DNA from: Verrucomicrobiota bacterium
GTDB taxonomy: Bacteria; Verrucomicrobiota; Verrucomicrobiia; Methylacidiphilales; JBCBYL01
Assembly (NCBI GenBank): GCA_038748025.1
Contig: JBCDJI010000014.1
Location: 3,539 to 67,538 of the forward strand
DNA: 64,000 bases
Direction of reading: 5' to 3'
Shown here: positions 58,230-64,000 of the stretch, piece by piece
How the letters are laid out: each line of letters opens with the position of its first letter
How positions within the stretch are numbered: the stretch's first letter is position 1
Notes under the pieces: model-generated
Told to the model about the DNA's origin: nothing
Seen by the model: the letters and a program-made list of their open reading frames with translations, nothing else
The model's database searches: none
Position numbers and translations under genes: made by a program

Positions 58230-59012
58230 ATGATTATTAAAATAATATCTAAACTATTCATTATCTACGCTTTAGCAGCTGGCATGGCAAATGCGCAAGT
58301 CATTGTCAGCTTTACGAACGGTGGTGACAATGATTTTGTATCCTCAGGTACTGCGGCTACCATCACGCAGTCTTTCACAAGTGTGAATCCCGTTACTTTC
58401 GTGACTCAAAATACTCTAGCATCCACTCCGGTCGGGACAGTATCCGGATCTTTCAGTTATCCCTTATCCGGAGGATCGTTTGATATAACTATTGGTGCAG
58501 TGACGACCAGTTTTACCAACAATGGTCAGGAAGGTTGGTTATCAGGCGGTGTTCCTGATGTAACTACAACTAATGCCCAATGGGGCCTGGATAATTCCGG
58601 CGGTGGTGGTTTGGGCGTCAATACTACCAACTATGCGGTTCACCGTGAAGATGCCCTTTTATTTGAAATCAGCAACCTGAGCATTGATTCCGGCTACCAA
58701 CTGGTTCTCCTTGGCTATTCACATAATAATACTGCGAATCGAACTTCTGAAGTTTATTACACCAGCAGTGGTAACCCCAGTTTGGGAACCCTGATTGGCA
58801 CGGCAAGCGGAGCAAGTGCCACTACTTCCTTTTCTCAAGTTTTGGCTAACGGGGACAGTTTTGGATTTTCGAGCACCTCAGGTAATGGAAATTTGTATCT
58901 GGCATCACTCACATTTGATGTTGTTGCCATCCCGGAGCCATCTAGCTTTAGCCTCCTAATAGGTGGTTTGGCAGCATTATGGTTACTACGCCGCCGTCTT
59001 TCTAAATATTGA
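58230..59012 (+). CDS. PEP-CTERM sorting-domain secreted protein
   Basis: Signal peptide (IIYALAAGMANAQ). The C-terminal IPEPSSFSLLIGGLAALWLLRRR gives PEP, then a TM, then a basic cluster. Confidence 0.85.
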   Translation: MIIKIISKLFIIYALAAGMANAQVIVSFTNGGDNDFVSSGTAATITQSFTSVNPVTFVTQNTLASTPVGTVSGSFSYPLSGGSFDITIGAVTTSFTNNGQEGWLSGGVPDVTTTNAQWGLDNSGGGGLGVNTTNYAVHREDALLFEISNLSIDSGYQLVLLGYSHNNTANRTSEVYYTSSGNPSLGTLIGTASGASATTSFSQVLANGDSFGFSSTSGNGNLYLASLTFDVVAIPEPSSFSLLIGGLAALWLLRRRLSKY

Positions 59013-59301
59013 GCACACCAGGGCGCTTAAGTGCTTAGCGGGTTTGAATATAACGCTTCTTCCATTTACAGATGGTATTTTTGTCGATGGTGTGACTCTT
59101 TCGTTATAGCACCAACAATATTTCAGCAGTTTCGACCTGCTTGGAGTTAAATTCAGTTCCAATAGACTTGATCAAGAACCATGGGCTCCCCCATACGATA
59201 GAATATTTGCCGGGGTTAACATTTACATTGTACTAAACTTGCAAAAACAGCCTGATCTGTGGTCCGACGGTTTAAAATAGCATACAATCGCACTTCTATA
59301 C

Positions 59302-60693
59302 TTAGTCTTCTCCCCGTGAAGCTCCCGTCTTGATGTAATCTTCCGGGAGTTCGGCCTGCCAGGCTTTTATTTTCGCCGTCAATTCCGACAGTAATTCCGG
59401 CTTTTCCTCAGCCAGGTTGTCTTTTTCAGCGGGATCTTTTGAGAGGTTATAAAGCTGAGGTCCGTCACTTTTCTTTCGCACGGGAAAATGTAACTTCCAA
59501 TCACCATAGAGCATGCTGGGTGTGCTGTTTCTGGCGCTGGCTTTCCAAAATAAAGGGCTTTTCCGCTCACGGACTGCTCCCAACCATATATCTGAAATAT
59601 CTTCACCATCGAGGTCATCCGGGATGTCGTGAATCCCTGCTATCGCAGCTAGTGTGGGAACCCAGTCAATGAATGAAGTGGCACTTTGATCATTTACGTG
59701 GCCAGCCTGGATTTTGCCCGGCCAGCGGATAATCATGGGAACTCGGGTTCCCCCTTCCAGTTGACTGTGTTTGCCGCCCCGATAGATGCCAGCGTAGCCG
59801 AGCATGTTATTGGAATATTTCCGATGCCCCTGTGCCAGGATGACTGGAGCAGGTCCGTGATCACTGGAGAATACAACAATGGTATTTTCACGCAGACCCA
59901 GTTCATCCAGTGCAGCCAGCACATGGCCGACGTTAATATCAATGGAGTAAACATCACCCAGATATTGATGCATGGACAGATCCAAATCTCCTCCAATTTC
60001 TATGCATTCATCAAATTTGTGCTGCATGGTCTCTGAAAAGTCGGAACGGTTGACTTGAACGCTGGAGAACTCTGCATCAAGCGGTTTTACCACATTAACC
60101 GGGAAATGAGTGCTGTGGCCCCAGATATTGATGTAAAAAGGCTGGTCTTTGTGTTCCTTGATAAATTCGATGGCTGCCCTGAAAAGTCCTGCGTCCCGGC
60201 CCTCAGGATCCTGTTTTGTTCCACCAATGACATGGACACGATCAATTCCGTAAATGCCGTCCTGGGCTTCGGATCGGGGACCGATATGCCATTTTCCGAA
60301 ATGTCCGGTGGCATATCCCCTTTTTTTGAGGAGACTGGTGATGGTCTCCCGGCCCTGAAAACCAAAGTCAGCAGCATACTTTTGATAGCGGGCCGGATGA
60401 ATACCGGTCATCAGGCCGGTGCGGCTCGGATTACAGGTAACTCCGGTCACATAGTGTTGCATGAACATCGCACCTTCGCTGGCCAGCTGATCCAGATGAG
60501 GGGTTCTGGCATACGGGTGCCCATAACAGCCAAGATCTCCGTATCCGAGATCATCAGCAAAGATCAAAACAATATTGGGAGCCTTCTCCTGTTCAGCTAA
60601 CAAGCTTACCGATACTGTCAAATAGAGCGGGAAAGCAAGAGCCAGTGCCAGATACCTGAAAATTGCTCTCATAGAAGGCGTGACGAGAATCAT
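59302..60693 (-). CDS. Sulfatase (formylglycine-dependent, arylsulfatase A family)
   Basis: IVLIFADDLGYGD and the C-x-P-x-R site TCNPSRTGLMTG. An alternative start at 60672 gives a cleaner signal peptide. Confidence 0.9.
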   Translation of the reverse strand: MILVTPSMRAIFRYLALALAFPLYLTVSVSLLAEQEKAPNIVLIFADDLGYGDLGCYGHPYARTPHLDQLASEGAMFMQHYVTGVTCNPSRTGLMTGIHPARYQKYAADFGFQGRETITSLLKKRGYATGHFGKWHIGPRSEAQDGIYGIDRVHVIGGTKQDPEGRDAGLFRAAIEFIKEHKDQPFYINIWGHSTHFPVNVVKPLDAEFSSVQVNRSDFSETMQHKFDECIEIGGDLDLSMHQYLGDVYSIDINVGHVLAALDELGLRENTIVVFSSDHGPAPVILAQGHRKYSNNMLGYAGIYRGGKHSQLEGGTRVPMIIRWPGKIQAGHVNDQSATSFIDWVPTLAAIAGIHDIPDDLDGEDISDIWLGAVRERKSPLFWKASARNSTPSMLYGDWKLHFPVRKKSDGPQLYNLSKDPAEKDNLAEEKPELLSELTAKIKAWQAELPEDYIKTGASRGED

Positions 60694-61085
60694 TTCTATC
60701 CTATCGGCGATTTGATCATTCCAAGTAACTTAGGTTCTAGGTTCCCATGAAGTAAGCAGCGTTAGCAAGCATTGCCTTCTATGCAACGAATACTGCTGCT
60801 ACAGATAAGACGTTCAAGCATATTCCTCCAAGCGAAAGCTTTTTTAGATTGGTTCCGATTATCACCGGATCAGGCACATCTTGCTTACAGGCCAGGATAT
60901 GAGATCCATAAAATCCCCGACTTTAAAAAAGCCCGGACTCATTCACTGTGAATCGCAACCACAACAGCGGTGGCTTTTTTATTGTTATCCTTGCACGCAT
61001 CCCACAATACCTCTATCCACTGAACATAAACCAGTCCAGCTGTTCCGTAAAATCTGTTGCAAACAACCTAGATCGTAGGTCTGAA

Positions 61086-61798
61086 TCAGACTTTGAGACT
61101 TCTTCTACGGCGTAATGCTATGATAAGTATGGACCCGATCGAGAGTAGTGAAAATGTGGTTGGTTCAGGCACTACATCCAGCTCAATAAATGTAAGCCGT
61201 GCAGCATTATTGTTCGGATTGACGATCGCTAAGACATCACCATCACTTAAAACAAAATTTGCCGTATCCGGAGCTGCGTTTGATCCACCTGCAATAAACT
61301 GTCCGGAACCAGGGGCATCGTTGTGATATAAATTTACGGTACGACCATTGTTGGCATCTTCAAAAAATCGTGTCAACTGAAGCGCTGAGGCCCCGTGTAA
61401 CTACTCAAATCGAAAGTCAGAATGATTGCTTCACCAACGGAAAGTCCACCGTTTGTTCCGCCGCTGATGCCGATACCGCTTACATTACCGGAAAAGCCAT
61501 CAGCTTCACCGCCCGTAAAGGTGTTAGGATCGAAAGCCCCACCTCCGAGTGCGTTATCGGCATTAAGACCAGTGTAAGTGATTGAAATGGTTCCAAAGTT
61601 ACCCGGCGAGGACAGATTTCCCGTCGGATTATTTCCAATTTGAAATGTAGCAGTTGGTGCTACTGCTGTCGATGTCAGTGTAAACTCCTGAACTGATCCA
61701 TTCGCAGCACCTCCCGCACCTGCAAAATCGAGCACAATTTGAGCCTGTGCCGTGACTGCAGCCACTAATGTGACAAGTATTGGTGTTATGACTTTCAT
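61086..61798 (-). pseudogene. PEP-CTERM protein paralogue interrupted by a frameshift
   Basis: The N-terminal ORF 61373..61798 has a signal peptide and ends ...GPQRFS-TGA. The C-terminal ORF 61086..61376, in another frame, ends VVPEPTTFSLLSIGSILIIALRRRR. Combined, the length and end motifs parallel 58230..59012. Confidence 0.65.
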
Positions 61799-62028
61799 GC
61801 CTTATACTGAACTACGGTGCCAGCCGGTCAATAGATTTCAGTTAATGCTCTTAAGTAAAAACAGTCCCTTTACTTCATCGCAACGTTGTTGATACAAGCA
61901 CATTCCCAGTCAAATTGAAAGGGTGGTTACCAAGCTGGGAGCACATTTTTCTGATGTGAATCGTCGACTCACGCAGGCAGCCATCAACGTCGGATCGGAG
62001 CAGGATGCGATGGACGTTGAACCACCTG

Positions 62029-63609
62029 TCAGTTTGCATCTCGGTTAACAGGCTCGTCGAGGACTTTATTCAGCGGGAAATCTGAAGCCTGGTCACCACC
62101 GCGGGAGCGGAGTCGGTAAGGATTGAACCCGCCGGCAGGTTGGTTCAAGGGAATATGCAGTCCTTCATCCATGCCTTCAGCCATCATCCGGTAGAGAACT
62201 TTTTCCATTTTCCTGGCGATCTCAGGGTGTTTGTCAATCAGGTTGACGGTTTCACCGGGGTCATTCTTGATATCATAGAGTTCATCCGTGTCCCAGAGTC
62301 CGTAGTAGGTAATGTATTTCCATTGGTCTCCGCGCAAACAAAAGACCGTCGGACTCTGGGGAAAATTCTTTTCCCAGTAATACAAGTAAAGAAAATAGTC
62401 CCGCCATGCGATCTGCTTACCCTGTGCCAGACCAATGAAGCTTTGACCATCCATGTGTTCAGGTGTCTGGATTCCAGCTGCCTCTAAAATCGTCGGTCCG
62501 ATATCAATGTTGGCAACTACTTCTTCCACTACGGTCCCGCCAGCAAATAAATCGGGACATTGCATGACCATGGGAACACGGATGGAAGTTTCGTAAGCTA
62601 CCCGTTTATCAATAAGTCCATGCTCGCCGAACATAAAACCGTTGTCGCCCATGTAAATGATCAGTGTTTCCTCAAGTATGCCCATGGCCTCGAGCTGATC
62701 CATCACCCGGCCGATGGATTCGTCTACGGCCAGAAAGGCTTCACAGTAGCGTTTATAATAACGTTCGACATTCAGGTCAGAATGATAGGGGAAATCCACT
62801 CCGTGCCAGCTGTTGCGCTGGTCACGCAACCAGCGTGGTTTGGTGCGGTCATGCTCCACCTCTTGCTGGCTGGCAGGAGGAGCCCAGGGCGCATCGGTGT
62901 AGGCACCCTCATGCCGTTCTGCCGGGGTAAAATTGGCATGCACGGCCTTATGGGAAAGATACATGAAGAATGGCTGCTTGTCCGGGTCCAGGGTCTCCAT
63001 CCATTCAATGGCATAATCCGTCATTTCATCGGTGATGTAGCCTTTCTGCTTCACGCGTCGGCCATCTACATTGATGGTATAATCCGGGCGCGGCGGCAGA
63101 TAGTGCCCCTGTCCCTTGAAGCTGACCCATTTATCAAAACCGGGTCGGGGATCATCACTGCCTCCGCCCATGTGCCACTTTCCGAAATAACCCGTAGTAT
63201 AGCCTGCTTGCTGCAGCCACTCGGGGAAGTAGCGCGTTCCTTTGGGAACCGCTCGATTATTGTCAATAACGCGGTGCTTGTGGGTGTAAAGTCCGGTCAG
63301 GATGGAGGCACGACTGGGTGAGCAAAGCGATGTCGTTACCATGGCGTTTTTCAGGTAGACTCCATTAGCAGCCATGGAATCCAGATGAGGTGTTTTCAGA
63401 AAAGGGTGTCCCAGAAAGCCCATGGCATCATAGCGGTGGTCATCCGTCAGTATGAAAACCACATGACGCGGTTTGAGATGATCAATGCGATCAACCACCA
63501 CTTGATCTGCAGCGGGTTGGATTTCTGAGGATGTGGACGTGTCAGAAGTGCAGCTAACGATGACTAATCCAGACAGGATAAAAAATGAGATTCGCGTCAG
63601 GACATACAT
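62029..63609 (-). CDS. Sulfatase (formylglycine-dependent)
   Basis: VVFILTDDHRYD and the C-x-P-x-R site SLCSPSRASILTG, with a signal/lipobox-like N-terminus (VIVSCTS). Confidence 0.9.
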   Translation of the reverse strand: MYVLTRISFFILSGLVIVSCTSDTSTSSEIQPAADQVVVDRIDHLKPRHVVFILTDDHRYDAMGFLGHPFLKTPHLDSMAANGVYLKNAMVTTSLCSPSRASILTGLYTHKHRVIDNNRAVPKGTRYFPEWLQQAGYTTGYFGKWHMGGGSDDPRPGFDKWVSFKGQGHYLPPRPDYTINVDGRRVKQKGYITDEMTDYAIEWMETLDPDKQPFFMYLSHKAVHANFTPAERHEGAYTDAPWAPPASQQEVEHDRTKPRWLRDQRNSWHGVDFPYHSDLNVERYYKRYCEAFLAVDESIGRVMDQLEAMGILEETLIIYMGDNGFMFGEHGLIDKRVAYETSIRVPMVMQCPDLFAGGTVVEEVVANIDIGPTILEAAGIQTPEHMDGQSFIGLAQGKQIAWRDYFLYLYYWEKNFPQSPTVFCLRGDQWKYITYYGLWDTDELYDIKNDPGETVNLIDKHPEIARKMEKVLYRMMAEGMDEGLHIPLNQPAGGFNPYRLRSRGGDQASDFPLNKVLDEPVNRDAN

Positions 63610-63676
63610 AGAACGTTACCATTACCAGTGATACAGCTCAAAGGAAAGAGCAACCTTGGCCCTGGAGTGGAATTTA

Positions 63677-64000
63677 TTATCCAAGCACCCGCTTGTAATT
63701 TTCGACCGTTTCCCCTGCGAACGGCTTGGCCATCCGGACAAGCTTGGCGCGGTCACTTTCGGAGAGCACCTGCAGGTTCTTCAAAACATTCACATTGTGC
63801 TCAAGCTGGCTTAGTTTTTCACAACCACTGCATAGTGATGATACCGGAAGTGCGTAGACATACTGATGAAGGTTGGCCAGGGTAATTTCTGTTTCTTCGA
63901 TCAGGTGGGGGATATCCTGACTCTGGATGCTCTTCGGGGTGGTATCAATCCGGTTCCCCAGCATACTGCCACCCGCCATGGTCTTCATGGCAATGACTCC
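63677..64000 (-). CDS. Aldo/keto reductase-like oxidoreductase, C-terminal part (gene continues past window end)
   Basis: The frame is open to the window edge. The C-terminal pattern (YALPVSSLCSGCEKLSQLEHNVNVLKN...LSESDRAKL) resembles AKR C-termini. Confidence 0.5.
   Translation of the reverse strand, partial: GVIAMKTMAGGSMLGNRIDTTPKSIQSQDIPHLIEETEITLANLHQYVYALPVSSLCSGCEKLSQLEHNVNVLKNLQVLSESDRAKLVRMAKPFAGETVENYKRVLG

Noticed and set aside
60880-60960. ATTCACTGTGAAT palindrome and a weak CCAC...GTGG-T6 hairpin in the 392-bp spacer between the sulfatase and the PEP-CTERM pseudogene.
   Set aside because: The stems are too short (4-6 bp) and there is no gene in the right orientation to be terminated. 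This is indistinguishable from chance.

Overview
The window is mostly core chromosome from a diderm bacterium. By inference only, it is a PVC-type lineage, probably Verrucomicrobiota. The grounds are two PEP-CTERM proteins, two formylglycine-type sulfatases, a bacterial SET-domain protein and an lpxD-skp-bamA cluster. No rRNA, CRISPR array, integrase or transposase was seen.

Housekeeping blocks:
- cysS, yidD and a ribD-like deaminase
- a cbb3 oxidase cluster (ccoS-ccoN-ccoO plus a CcoI-like P1B-ATPase) next to a Fur-family regulator and a MerC-like protein
- hisI; hemW-galK; folE2; tatA; rpsA; tyrS; tRNA-Pro(GGG)
- a cell-shape operon, mreB-mreC-mreD-mrdA-rodA-rng
- aroD; trmFO; tRNA(CAU); lpxD-skp-bamA
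- rpsF-ssb-rplI; pth; ctc; dtd
- a Ca/Na antiporter, and a LMW-PTP with a fructosamine kinase

Three accessory patches stand out:
1. 14.5-20.7 kb: a 1317-aa secreted protein with two beta-helix domains (GH55-like), followed by a CBM6-tailed protein of unknown catalytic type.
2. 38.3-45.4 kb: a SET-domain methyltransferase, then a three-gene module. The module is a CHASE2 class III cyclase, a secreted FecR-domain protein and a secreted caspase-fold (His/Cys) protein. Two paralogous beta-barrel genes bracket it, and one of them is split over three frames.
3. 58.2-63.6 kb: two sulfatases interleaved with two paralogous PEP-CTERM proteins, one of them frameshifted.

The cyclase/FecR/caspase-like module is my best candidate for an undescribed system.

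Other signals the gene calls do not explain:
- Two long hairpin palindromes share an 18-nt outer arm but have different, self-complementary cores.
- Rearranged partial tRNA-Pro copies carrying GC hairpins lie beside the intact tRNA-Pro.
- The CcoI-like ATPase has a CCCC N-terminus and a 224-aa Cys-rich polytopic C-terminal extension.
- The cbb3 locus has no ccoP.

All product calls rest on motif recognition by eye. No database search was run.
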